Part shown: in pieces, positions 48,289 through 60,340 of the stretch
Numbering within the stretch: position 1 is the first letter of the stretch
Layout of the letters: every line of letters starts with the position of its first letter
Assembly (NCBI GenBank): GCA_977017645.1
Contig: OZ360232.1
Location: 38,626,001 to 38,690,000, forward strand
Length of the DNA stretch: 64,000 bases
From: Torpedo marmorata
Lineage: Eukaryota
Reading direction: 5' to 3'
The notes under the pieces: generated by a model
What the model saw: the letters and a program-made list of their open reading frames with translations, nothing else
Told to the model about the DNA's origin: nothing
Databases searched by the model: none
Translations under genes and position numbers: made by a program

Positions 48289-51164
48289 GCCTAGGGATTG
48301 CTTAAGGTGGAATGTGAGTTTCGGGGGGCAGTTTGAAAACCACTGCTGTAGATGCTTGCATTGAATTTTGTACCACACAGTTTGAAAACAGTTCAGCATT
48401 TTTAGAATGGTCTTTATATTCCAATATTGTCTTTCATAACATTTCAGGTACAATCTCAGTCTTTGTATTTTGTAGGTCAGCGGTACTATGCTAGATAGCT
48501 CATAGCAGTGCCGTAGGAAACTGGTGTAGGCCATCTAGAATAGAGTAGTTAATTTGGGAAACTGATATTTCAGCCATCTAGATTCTCAGTCTTGACTGTC
48601 AGTGAATGAGCAATGAGATCATAGAATGAATTCATCTGTGATTTAACTCCAAATACCAATTTTTAGCCCAAATCCTCAACACCTTTTTAGCAAATACCTG
48701 TCATTTTAAGCTAATAATTATTGTAATATCAATTGCCATTTTTAATAGTGTTCCAAATTTCTGTTGGCCTTTATATGTTAAAATCTTTTCTAACTTTACT
48801 CTTAAACCATCTGCCAATTTTTAAATTATATCCTCTTCAACAGCCTTTTTAGGTCTCCTGAATAACTTTCATGAAGTCACCCATATTCTTTTAATTTCAA
48901 CCCAGGGAATGAAGTCCTACTTAGTGATTTTCTTTCTCTTTAAATATCATTGTGCTGGATCTACATTGTTCTCCCTCAAACAGTTGTTTATCTTTTCTGA
49001 GATGTGATACCCAGGACTGCTCACATTACTTCAAGTGTGGCCTTACTTGGGCTTGGTATAGTAGCAGCATAACCACTTCTCCCTCTATACTCACTTTCTA
49101 GATATCAAGACCTCCGTTTCATTACTCTTTATTATTTTCTGTAATTCTACATATTTTTAAGATTTATGTTTGTGGATCTCTTAGTTTCTTTGAACATTGG
49201 CTCTTTCTAGCTTCATGCATTAACTGTGTAGGGACACATTGCTGCATTACCAAAGTTGGATAATGCAGCAATTAAAACTGTCCTTTCAAATATGAACTAC
49301 AAATCTCAGAGTATCTTGTGAGAATCACCCTTCTCTTGCTTTCAATGCATTAGGTTGAAGGAGGGAATGTCTCGTACATTCTGCTGTGAATACATCCACT
49401 GACTTTTGATCTCGTTGTCCTGCAAGCAATTTATTTTTAATCATAGCCCTGCAATTTCCTCCATCTGGGATTTTTCTGGCTGCTATCCAATTCTAAATCA
49501 TTCCCTGTAGTCATGTACAAAATCTTTGCAGTAATGAGTTTTGCTTTTAAGTGCTTCTAATGAAATATAATGTGAGTTCAGAAAACACATCCCCTGCCTC
49601 AACTGCAGTGGCAGATAAATATTGCCGATATGACTCTCACCCACTGTCAATATTCTCACAAAATCCCACAACATTTTTAGATTCATAGGCAAGAATAACT
49701 AATAATTGCTTCAAAAATGTTCTGCTGTAAAATAATTACATCATATATTACTACACAGATCTATTTAGTTATTGAAGCATTTTTAGATCAATGCACATCA
49801 CACTTACCTATCCAGACACTGGATATTAACCCAATGGCTTATTTTTGTATTCTTAAGATATAACGGGCATTTCAAAAAGGATCTGGTTAAAACTGGAAAC
49901 ATAAGTCATGGGAATTGCTGATCCGGCTTCATATTTTATTGTTCTGTAAGATAATGTATATAAGACAAAATGTCACATACATTATTTATGACAGAATTTT
50001 GTTCAAAAAATAATCATCTTCTCCATACAAATCTGTTAAGTAGAAGACTTCTCCCAGAATAAAATGTTAAACTTCAAGAATGATTAAAGGTATGAAATAC
50101 AAATATTAAGTGAGGAAAATAAACATTTAAATAATTAATTCTTGGTTAAAGTATGGTTGCAGAATTTGATTCTAAATTGAAAGACAGAAGCATATAATGT
50201 TTCATCAAGGAATGAGGCCATTTGGCCCACTGTTCCCTACAAGAACAATCCAATTAGTCCAATTCCTCCCTCTTTTCCTGATGATCATACAAATCTGTTT
50301 ATTTAAAGTACTTATTCAACTCTCCTTTGAGAACTATGATTGGGTCTGTCTTACTGGTCTCCAAGCATATCCAAACCATTTGTTCTTTGAAATTGTTTCT
50401 CCCATCATTTTGGTTATTTTTATTACATTCATTCAGTATCTTCTGCTTAATCCTTTTGCCAATGAAATCATTATTTTCTCCGTTATGTCTGGACCTTCAT
50501 GATTTTAAATATTTTTGTCAGATCCCTCCTTATCTTTGTCAAAGGAGAACAACCTCTCCTTCTCCTGCCCATCCACTTGCAAAAGTCTGTTGACATTGGT
50601 ATCAGTCACAATGATTCAGATTCTGCCTGGTAAAAGGAAATATAAAATAGATTTGGAATATGGGAGGCACGCAGGCGTACGAAGAGCATGCAACAAGTGT
50701 ATGTAATCTTGAAAGAGTGGTTAAAATAAGCATTTATGATAATTGAGGAGCCACAAACAACTGTAAATGCAAGTTGTAATGCAAATGACTTAGACCAAGT
50801 TTCCACGTGCAGCATTCTGAGCATTTCTACTGTCAATAGTTTAGGCAATAGCATTCACAATTTCCCAGATGTGTCAATAAAAGGAATATGGTGGGTAAAG
50901 ATCATCAAAAATATACCTTCTCATCAAAGGCAATCATTGTAATTGGTCTAACGAATATTGTTCTATGTATTTAGCTCAAGCTTCAAACAGTGTATCATCA
51001 CAATATATTTTTTATAAGCATTCATGAACTGCCATGATGAAAATCAATTCAGTCCTTGCAGTTACGTTCAAAGGCACATCTTTAATGGTGCCCAATGGAT
51101 TAATATATTAAAGTTTAAATAAAGTATCATTCATTTTAACCGGTGCTTTCTTTTTTTTTTGTAG

Positions 51165-51223
51165 GTGAAACAACCGAACACTGACTGGCATTTTGCTCAG
51201 ACTCACAGAGCTGAGCTAAACAG
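51165..51223 (+). CDS. Pcdh: Protocadherin constant exon 1 (59 bp; VKQPNTDWHFAQTHRAELN-S)
   Basis: Poly-T tract + GTAG acceptor, phase-0 entry matching the variable donors, AG|GTACTG donor (phase 2). PNxDW motif and 59-bp size match recalled mammalian Pcdh-alpha/gamma constant exon 1. Too short for the ORF track. Confidence 0.92.
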
Positions 51224-51846
51224 GTACTGGTCATTTTTTAAATATGTTGCTTTGATGCCAGCCTTGCGTGTCCTGTTGCAAACGTGATGTTCATAGATAT
51301 TGCCTGTGATTCATAATAAAAATGGCCATGTTAAATATTCCAGAATGTCTTGTTTGAGGCACTTGGTAAACTGTTGAACTCTTCAAATATTTGGCTACTT
51401 TCTTAAACAGTTAGGAACATGACTGCACTCCAACAGTAGACAGCGGGCTTTCCATTTGTTTTCAGGATGTGGTCATTCAGGGCAAGATCAACATTATTTT
51501 TACATTGTTAATTACTCTTGAACTAAGTAGCTTGTCAGGCTATTTCAGAGGATATTTGAAGTCATTGCTGTGTGTCTTAAGTTATTTATAGGCAGACTTC
51601 CTTCCATAAAGATTATGAATGAGCAACCTGCATTTTTAGGAAAAATCCAGAGACATTTTCATTCAATTACTCTTTTAGGAACATAATTCAAATGTCCCAG
51701 GTACAACGGCGGATTTGAATTAATTTCATTTGATTATCAGAGACCTGTGGAGTTATTGAAGAGAACTGGTAATCAGTCCAGCCTGCACAATCATGCCAGT
51801 CAGTTAAACTGAGCAGAAATGTGTTAAGTGTCCATGTTTGTCATGG

Positions 51847-52330
51847 CAAGTCAAGTGTATTGTCATCTGATTGTACAAGTACAACCCAATGAAATAGCGT
51901 TCTCCGGTCCTCGGTACAAAACATGCAGACACACAACCAGATATATCACACATGAAGACAAACAATACAAATGCAGGACAAATATTACATCTATACATAT
52001 AAATAAATAAATATTGTTTCATGAATATGAGAGTCTCAGATGGTTAGTGTGAGCAGTTCCTTTGGTCGTTCAGCATTCTCACTGCCCGTGTGAAGAAGCT
52101 GTTTGTCAGCCTGGTGGTGCTGGCTCTGATACTCCTGTATCTCTTTCCTCCCGGCAGTGCTGAAAGATGCCGTGTGCAGGGTGGAAGGGGTCCACAATGA
52201 TTTTGTGTGCCCTCTTCAGAAAACTATCCTGGTAGATCACGTCGATGGGGGGAGGGAGACTCCAGTGATCCTCCCTGCCACTCTTATGGTCCTGTGGATT
52301 GACCTCCGATCCATTTATCTGCAGAAACCT
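51847..52330 (-). mobile_element. Rex1/Babar-like LINE 3' fragment
   Basis: Reverse complement of the 52985-53600 element, including the (cttga)n tail. Confidence 0.75.
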
Positions 52331-52984
52331 GTGCTAGTGGGTTGATTTTAGTTAAGATAGTGACACAATTACTACAAATGGTCTTCACATTCCTAATCTA
52401 GAGAGTCAGGGGGGAAATGCAATGTAGATTGCTACCCTTTACGTCCTGTTAGACATTATGCGGACATCAAATGAAAATAACATTTTGAAAGCTCTGTTCT
52501 ATGACCACAGTGGAGAAGAGTATTCGGAACAGTGTTTGGAACTTTGAATCTACACATTAGGAGCACATAGAATTCCCACAGCAGTGACACAGAAAGAGCA
52601 AACCACTTCACAAACTGCCCACTGCCTCAACCTGTCCTGGTAAACCTGCCCCATCCAAAATTAGCCTGATAAACAATCTCTGAACGTTCAAAACTGGAGT
52701 GGAAGCAAGTTAATGCCAAAGTAATAGCCAAATAAGAAGAAGAGTTCTGTCGACCGGACCTATGATATAAAGGCCTGGGTTCAAAACCCACCACAGTAGC
52801 AAGAGAACACAAATTCAATGCATCTAAAATTTAAAAAAAAACAGAACTATTATATTGTCTTAATAGCCCATCTAGTTTACTAAAGCTAACATCAACAATT
52901 CTGTAGTAGAGAGTGGAGAGCACCAAGTTCCTTGGAATTCACTTAACTAGTGACCTATTGTGGACACTCAACATCTCCTCACTT

Positions 52985-53600
52985 CTCAGGAAGGCGCAAC
53001 AGTGATTGCACTTCCTGAGAAGAGGGCAAGGCTACCGGCCACCATTATGTCAACCTTCTTTAGGAGCTCTCTCTCTCTCTCAAGCATCCTGACCGGTTGC
53101 ATCACAGTGTAGTATGGCTGCTGCAGAGAAATGGATTGGAGGTCAATCCACAGGACCATAAGAGTGGCAGAGAGAATCACTGGAGTCTCCCTCCCCCGTC
53201 CCTATTGACGTGATCTTCTGGGATTGTGTCTGAAGGGCGCGCAAAATCATCGAGGACCCCTTCCACCCTGCACACATCATCTTTCAGCTGCTCCTGTTGG
53301 GGAAGAGATACAGGAGTATCAGAGCCAGCACCACCAGGATGAGGAACAGCTTCTTCCCACGGGTAGTGAGAATGCTGAACGACCAAAGGAAATGCTCACA
53401 CTTACCATCCAAGACTCTCATATTCATGAAACAATATTTCTTTATTTATTTGTATAGATGAAATCCTTGTCCTGCATATGTATTGTTTGCCTGTACTTGA
53501 GTTATGTCTGCATGTTTTGCAACGAGGACCAGAGAATGCTATTTTGTCAGGTTGTACTTGTACAATCAGATGACAATAAACTTTTGACTTGACTTGACTA
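52985..53600 (+). mobile_element. Rex1/Babar-like LINE 3' fragment
   Basis: Encodes KIIEDPFHPAHIIFQLLLLGKRYRSIRASTTRMRNSFFPRVVRMLN, typical of the Rex1-type RT C-terminus; tail caataaac(ttgac)n. Confidence 0.78.
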
Positions 53601-54919
53601 GTGGGGAACATCTGATTTTCTTACCTCACTTTGAAGAGACTCTGGCCTCAATTAAAAAGGATTGATTTTTATCACCTTCTACAATGGTCTTGCACTGTGT
53701 TAGTCAGGTCTCCAACATCTATACCTTGTGTAAGAATAAAAAATATCATATAAAATTAAATCTGAGGACTAATCAATGCTAAGAATTGACTGCCAGGTTA
53801 GATAGTGGTTTATTTCAAAATCACTTAAATGGAACAACCAGGAAGATGAAACAAAGTGAGATATTTTTGGGTAACTGAGGATTTACCATACTGATTTCTT
53901 CATCGATAATATTTCTCAAATTTTAACATAAAACTGCAATAAACAACACCAAGCAAAGTATCTGCAACATTAACAAACCGAATGTGCAATTTGGTTTCTT
54001 TTTATGCATTTGCTAAGTAGTTTTTTTTCACATTATCTCATTTGAAAATAAGCTTAACTTCATTTCTGCTTGCAGGCATGCATTTTTTTTCACAGACTTC
54101 TCACATTGGTTTGCATAATAGTACCCTTATGGATCCTATGGGGTGGTTTAATCTACAGGAGGACTGACATACTGATCTCAATATGGAATGCTGATTCCAC
54201 ATTCTTTTCCATCTCACCCACTTTAGCTTCTTCCTCTCATTCTTTTGATACCCAAAGCAGTCTATAATACGGCCAGTGGTCTGAGCATGCACTTAATTTT
54301 GTTAGGTTGAGTCTGAATGATGCATTGATGCATTATGCAAGCGAGAGTAAAGCTGGAATATTTATTGAAATCCTTGTGTTTTTAACATTAAATAAGTGTC
54401 TACGTACATCACTAATGTCAGAATATTCTTTGGTAGAAAGCAGATCTTTTCAATTACCTTGCAATTTAATAACAGTACACTGCCAAGTGTTAAGGGTTAG
54501 GACCGGAAAGGAACATTTCCTGGTCCTAAAGGCAGAGCAATAAATGATAATCGTTCAAATAGAGACCACACACATACAAGTTAAAATGTCTCATCTGCAG
54601 GCAGATGGTATTGATACACCAAGTTACTATGGAGTGATGCTAAAATACACGCCTTCATTTTCATTGCATAAATATTTAGTATTTTGGCTTTTATCCTGAG
54701 TGCAATCCAAAAACGAGCTATCAAGAAAATACACCACACATCAATCTGCCTCTCTAGAGAAGGAATTGGTTTCAGGAACACACAAACCAATTGACTTGTT
54801 ATTTCAATTGCTACTTTCAATATTTTCAATTTTAGTTTTGGTCTTCAAATAAGTTACTTCAGCTTGTTACTCTGGATAATTCAGGGATTATCTCCCTAGA
54901 AAGTACATGGTTCATAGAA

Positions 54920-55470
54920 AAATAGAATCACAGAAACATACAGCATAGAAACAGGTCCTTTCTGCCCACCTTGTCTATTTGCACGAATCCATTGACCTGC
55001 ATTAGGCCCTTATCGCTGTTTTCTTTATCCATATGCTTGTTCAAATATACATATATCCACCACTTCCACTGACACATTATTCCATATGCCCACTGCTCTC
55101 TGTGCAAAATCATAACCCCTTGGACCCCTTTAGTTCTTTCCCTCTCAAAAGAATGCCCTCTAATTTTATAATCTGCTGCCTGGAGGGAAAAAAGGACTGA
55201 TTACCTACCTTATCTATGCCCCTCATAATTTTATCAACTCCGATGGAGTCACTCCTCAGAGTCCCAAGTTCCAGTGAGAATAAAGCCTGCCTATCCAATC
55301 TCTCCTTATTAATACAACCCTCTATTCTAGACAACATCCTTGTGAAGCTCTTTTGCTCTCTCTCCATTGCCTCCACTTCCTTTAGCATGGTTAGCAACAT
55401 GGTACAAACACTTTAATTGCTGACTAAGCAATGTTTTGCACAACTACAACATAATATCCCAACTCCTATA
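54920..55470 (-). mobile_element. Old CR1 LINE 3' fragment
   Basis: Minus ORF EREQKSFTRMLSRIEG...ERLDRQALFSLE. Confidence 0.7.
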
Positions 55471-56170
55471 CTTGCTGTGTGGATTTACTGTATATTGTGT
55501 TTTTAAGCGTTATGGGCTGAATCACTGTAACAAACATTTCTGCATAGTTTCCAATCACTCCTCAAACTTGCCTAGGCACTTTATGGCATGATTTCTACAT
55601 CACTCTATGGCATCCATTCCATTGGACTATTCAAGGAAATTTGGGCTAAACTCTCCTGCAAGCACCTGTTGTTCGAATAACAGAGTCTTACTAGTTTAGA
55701 ATCAAACTGTAATGGCTGCCAGATAAGTACTCCATTTATCCTCATCTTTAGGCCAGCTCCCAGCTCCCAAGTAAACAGTAACACCTACAACATGCCCCTA
55801 TCCTAACTCCTAATCTCCAAGCAGTCTTCCCAACCCCATGGAAAACCCTAATGCTGATATCCCATATCCAAATGGTTGCTCGGAACTTCGGACCCCAATT
55901 CTCCATTTCAACAATGCCAGTTCCAATCCATAATCCCAAACAAATGATGCCTATGTACACCTCCAATTTCCTTCAAACAATGCTCATCCAATTCCTCCCT
56001 TCAACACCCCTCACCCTTCACCAGCTACCATTCCCATGCCCCCACCCAAGTCACAGCACTGGCCTAAAGAAATGCTTCATAGCCTGCCAAGCCCACAACC
56101 CATGAATGAATTAAAAAATAATCTGCTTCTTGCATCCTTTCAGGAAATCAATTCTCAAACGTATTATTAA

Positions 56171-56355
56171 AACACAAAAGTCTGCAAACACCGTGGTTGA
56201 AGTAAAAACACAATGCTAGAGACATTCAGCAGGTCAAACAGTGTCCTTTATATAGCAAAGATACAGATGAAGGGCTCAAGCCCGAAACGTTAGTTATGTA
56301 TCTTATAAAGTACACTGTTTCACCAGCTGAGTTTCTCCAGCATTGTGTTTTTACT
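56171..56355. mobile_element. Penelope-like element terminal remnant with inverted ends
   Basis: gtaaaaacacaatgctagagacattcagcaggtcaaacagtgt is inverted relative to acactgtttcaccagctgagtttctccagcattgtgtttttac; central gatgaagggctcaagcccgaaacg. Confidence 0.75.
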
Positions 56356-56889
56356 CAAATAGATTAATTAACTAATTGTTGTAAAAACAAAAGGAATTCA
56401 CCATTGAGTCCTTTTGGCAATTATATTAATTATCTCTTCCCCAGAAACAATATCACCTCATCCTCATGCACTCTAACATAATTAATCGGAATGCTTCTTA
56501 TGGACAATTCATGCTGATCTGATACCCTGCTTGGACCCATTCTCTTATACATGAAGAACCTAAAACAGCCATCTGCATTGAGTAATAAATAACATGGCAA
56601 GTCAAAGAGCTTGTTTAAAGAGTTTAGCAGCAATTTCAGGAAGGAAGGTGAGTTAGAGAGTTAAAGGTTTAGCTCAGGATTTTTTATCATTCCTACTATA
56701 TTTGTGTTGCTGGCAAGGCCAGCATCTAGGCCCCATCTATAATTGCCCTGAGGAAGCTGATGTTACTTTTGTATGTCTCCACAGTCCTCCTTGTGAAGGT
56801 AATTTGATACAGATGCCTCAAACCAGGTATCACAGATTTGGAACCATGGGCCAAGATATGGAATGTACATCACAGAGTCACAGAACTTC

Positions 56890-57290
56890 ATGTACTATCC
56901 CACCCAGACTACCCGCAAATTGGAGGAACAACATCTCATTTTCCGTCTGGACACTCTCCAGCCAGATGGCATTAACATTGACTTTTCTGCTTTCCACTAA
57001 CCTGCTTGTCTTTTCCTTCCCCTCCCCTGTCCTTCCTGTTTTTTTCCACCCACCCAGCCATCACTCCTCCCCCTCTTTACTGCTGTCCCCTCCCTCCTTT
57101 CTCCACCTATCATCTCCTGCTTTTGCCATCCCCCTTCCCCCCCTCACTCTTTTGTTCGGACGCCTGCCGGCATTTTCTCATACTTTGATGATGGGCTCAA
57201 GCCCGAAATGTCGGTTATGTATTTCTACCTTTGCTACATAAAAGACACTTTTTGACCTGCTGAGTTTCTCCAGCATTTGTTTTTATTTCT
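56890..57290 (+). mobile_element. Penelope-like element 3' fragment (GIY-YIG endonuclease C-terminus + terminal repeat)
   Basis: 56911-57000 translates TRKLEEQHLIFRLDTLQPDGINIDFSAFH*, the LxTLxPxGxN end typical of PLE GIY-YIG domains; followed by a pyrimidine tract and the terminal motif. Confidence 0.85.
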
Positions 57291-57760
57291 ACAGCCCACC
57301 TTGTCTAAGACCACCATCATACCTGTCTGCACTAATCCCACTTGCCTGACCATGACCTTCTAATTCAAGTACCCATTAAAGTTCCTCTATAACGTTGCTA
57401 CTGTTCCTGACTTCACTGCCTCCTCTGGCAGGTTACTCCAGATACCGACTTCTATGTGAAAGAATTATACCCATCAGATGCCTTTTCAACCTCCTCCCTC
57501 TCCACTTAAACCCATGTCCTCTAGTTTTAGATGCACCTAACATGGGAAACAGACACTTGCTATGTACCCTATATAAGCCGTGTAATTTTATACACCTCCA
57601 TCATGTCACCTTTCAGTCTCCAGCAATCCAGGGAAAATAGACCCAGCCTATTCGATCTCTCCAATCCAGATAACATCCTTGTGAATCTTATCTGCACTCT
57701 CAAGCTTAATCACATCCTATAGTGTGGTTACCGGAACTGCACCCAATAAGTGTAGCCTGG
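57290..57760 (-). mobile_element. Old CR1 LINE 3' fragment
   Basis: ccacttaaacccatgtcctctagttt, ccagggaaaatagacccagcctattc, aacatccttgtgaatctt are reverse CR1 3' motifs; boundaries approximate. Confidence 0.6.
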
Positions 57761-58346
57761 ATAGAGAGCCAATAAAGTGTGTTGCTTTGTCCAGGATGAT
57801 TTTCTTCAATAAGCATACCAGCTGCATTCATCCAATTCAAACGAAGAGTACATCACCATGCTCCTGACTTGTGCCTTGCAAATGGTGCAAAGCTTTTAAA
57901 AGTGTCAGAAGGTGAGTCTCTTACCACAAGTAACAGATTTACTGGACTGGCCTAGTTATAGTTCTCATGAATGGTGATGTCTGGGATATTGTCAGTGAAG
58001 AATTCAACAAGAGGAGTGTTATTATATCAAAATCAAGATGGTGGTACTTTCCTTTATTGGAGAAAGGCATTGCTTGGGACTTGCTTGGTACAGTTTTAAG
58101 TGTTGGTGTACAGGAATGGGTGCTGTAAGGTGATAAAGCCATCATCTTCAGGAGAAAAGCCAGGAAAAATTGGGAGGAAAATGTATTTCTGAAAAGATTT
58201 CAAGACATAAGAAAAGAGGGTAAGGTGAATTCATCTTAGAAGATGATATTTATGGCCTAGATTGGCCTAGATACTGGTCTGTGCACCCCTGATTTTCATG
58301 CATTGCTATATGTATTCATTGACCATGCTTCTTGTTGTTTCTGCAG

Positions 58347-58564
58347 TTCCCAGTATCTGGAAGAGGAAGGTGTACAACGTGAAATACAATGTGAAGTCCA
58401 GCGCGAGGTTCAGCGTGAAGCTCCAAGTGAAGTACAATGTGAGGCGCCACGTATCATTCAGCGTGACGTACCGCGTGACGTACCGCGTGACGTGCAGCAC
58501 GCTGCTGAAAAAGATCCTGGCGGACCAAGGAAACCATTGTGTGCGAGACCTCCAGCCATCCCGG
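58347..58564 (+). CDS. Pcdh: Protocadherin constant exon 2 (218 bp) with internal tetrapeptide repeat
   Basis: Acceptor ttgtttctgcAG; phase 2 joins exon 1 (AG+T=Ser). Reads SQYLEEEGVQ...EKDPGGPRKPLCARPPAIP, resembling recalled Pcdh-alpha SVHLEEAG...GPGGP; phase-1 donor G|GTTAGT at 58565. Confidence 0.88.
58378..58497 (+). repeat. Coding 12-bp minisatellite, 10 units
   Basis: REIQ CEVQ REVQ REAP SEVQ CEAP RIIQ RDVP RDVP RDVQ; DNA consensus about CGTGAMGTNCMR. Confidence 0.9.
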
Positions 58565-60078
58565 GTTAGTGTTGGATAAATGGCAACATGTGTGTTGGAG
58601 AGTAACTGTCAGATAAGTCCAAACAATAACCTTCCTTCTCTTCACATTTGTGGCTCAAAAGCAGGGCCATTGAAGATATGAATGTGGAGATATGAAAAAA
58701 TATTTGATTTAATAAGAGAATGAACAATGCTGAGTGAATATCAGTTTAAAAACCATTATTGTGAAAATTATTTACTCCTCCATTTTAGTTGCAGTATGAA
58801 AACATCGGAAATGAAACATTGACAAAGAACGCTCATGTGGTTTGAGAGGAAACTCAAAAAACTGTTATTTTGGGCAAATGATCAGAAATTAGGAATCCCT
58901 AGATGTTAACCTTAAGTTTTTTTTGTCACATTATACCTTGTGGAGTGAGAAGGGTTCTTCTGCAAACAGTAGAAGAGCACAATTTACAGGGAATAGAGTT
59001 ACAATGAAAGAAAGATCAATTAGTACCAAGCAAGGGCAACATGATAATATTGTTGTGGGGTTCATTCAAGAGCCTGATGGATGCGGGGAAGAAATGGTCT
59101 TTAAGCCTGTTGGTGCATGCTTTCAAACTTTTAAGCCTCCCCCTCAATGGGAGGAGGGAGAAGAGAGTGTGTCTGGGGCTGTGGTGGGTCTTTCAGTATG
59201 TTCGCTGCCTTTCCTCAGCAGTAGGACATGTAGATGGAGTCCAGGGAGAAAAGAGATGTTTGTGGGATGTTCTGAGCTGCATTCACTACCTTCTGCAGAT
59301 GTATTGTCCCATGCATTTAAGAAAAGATGTGTTGCAAACAATTTAAAGAAAAAAGGGTTCATAACAAAGAAGCAATAAGACTCTTGCCATCTCTGTGCTT
59401 AGATACCCACGTACCTAAATGTTACTGATGAACCTGAAATTCTTTGACATGTTAGTATCATGGTCATGGGACAAATGTAGGTCAATGAGATTGGTCGCAA
59501 GTATTGCTGAGAGCAATTTCAATGTATCAAATCAAATTCCTGTGTTTTCCTGCATTGGTTAACAGTGTAGAAATTAACAAATTTAAAAAATATATAATTA
59601 CAAATATCCCTGAAGATTATATAGTATAATGGCGCATCAGAAATAAAGATGTCCTCCAAAACAAAACAGATTTTGTCCCAAATGTTGAATAGTGTTCTCT
59701 GGCAATTGTCCAAAAACCTTTGGTACTTTTGTTCGGGATTCATCATCTGGATTTGTGGATTATGAAAAGGATATGTACCGCAAGATGGTTCAACCAATAA
59801 GATCAAGGGAGAAAAAGAAATAATATGGGAAACACAATAATAAAAATAAAATAATCCAATATTTACAGTGGCAAATTATCCAGTTGCTGGAAATCTCAAA
59901 TGAAGACAGAAAATGGTAGGAATCCTTAAAAGGAGAGGATATATCTATGGAGAGAGATAAAGAGTTAATTTTTCACTTTCATAATTTTTATATCATTGAT
60001 GAAACAAAACTCTTTTTTTTCCTCCCTACTTGCTGTGTAGTCCTAGTTTTTTCTGTTATTTTTAATATGGTTCAGATT

Positions 60079-60340
60079 AGCGGTACAGTTAGCATAGCGG
60101 TTAGCGCAATACTGTTATAGCATCAGCGACCGGGGTTTGAATCCGGCGCTGTCTGTAAGGAGTTTGTATGTTCTCCCCGTGTCTGCGTGGGTTTCCTCCA
60201 GGTGCTCCAGTTTCCTTCTCCCCCTTCAAAAGTAAAGGTATCGGGGTTGTAGGTCAAATGGGTGTAATTGGGCAGCACTGGCTCGTGGGCCGAAAGGGCC
60301 TGTTACCGTTCTGTATGTCTAAATTTAAAATTTAAATTTA
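60079..60340 (+). mobile_element. V-SINE, full length
   Basis: TAGCATAGCGG A box, GGTTTGAATCC B box, V-domain and tail colinear with the 13550 copy. Confidence 0.88.

Larger units (their letters stand above)
43544..48345. mobile_element. hAT-type composite MITE split by a CR1 insertion (left arm 43544-43862, right arm ~48286-48345)
   Basis: TIRs CAGTGGTTTTCAAACTGCCCC / GGGGCAGTTTGAAAACCACTG with exact 8-bp TSD CTGTAGAT (43536-43543, 48346-48353); the arms join to match the 36110 copy. Confidence 0.9.

Noticed and set aside
7271-51446. Scattered CGCT-box-like strings (TTCGCTGTC ~7271, TGTCGCT ~15098, ATCGCTGTCC ~29117, reverse CGCTGTCTAC ~51436) as canonical CTCF CSEs
   Set aside because: Not at a consistent position, absent from most promoters and too short to call without a PWM scan.
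55740-56105. C/A-rich low-complexity stretch with ORFs on both strands
   Set aside because: No clear periodicity, splice signals or recognisable domain.
58298-58645. Overlapping ORFs on both strands over constant exon 2 (VTYRVTYR, RHAVRHAV repeats)
   Set aside because: A stop-poor 12-bp repeat is open in several frames; only the REVQ frame matches the splice phase and Pcdh homology.
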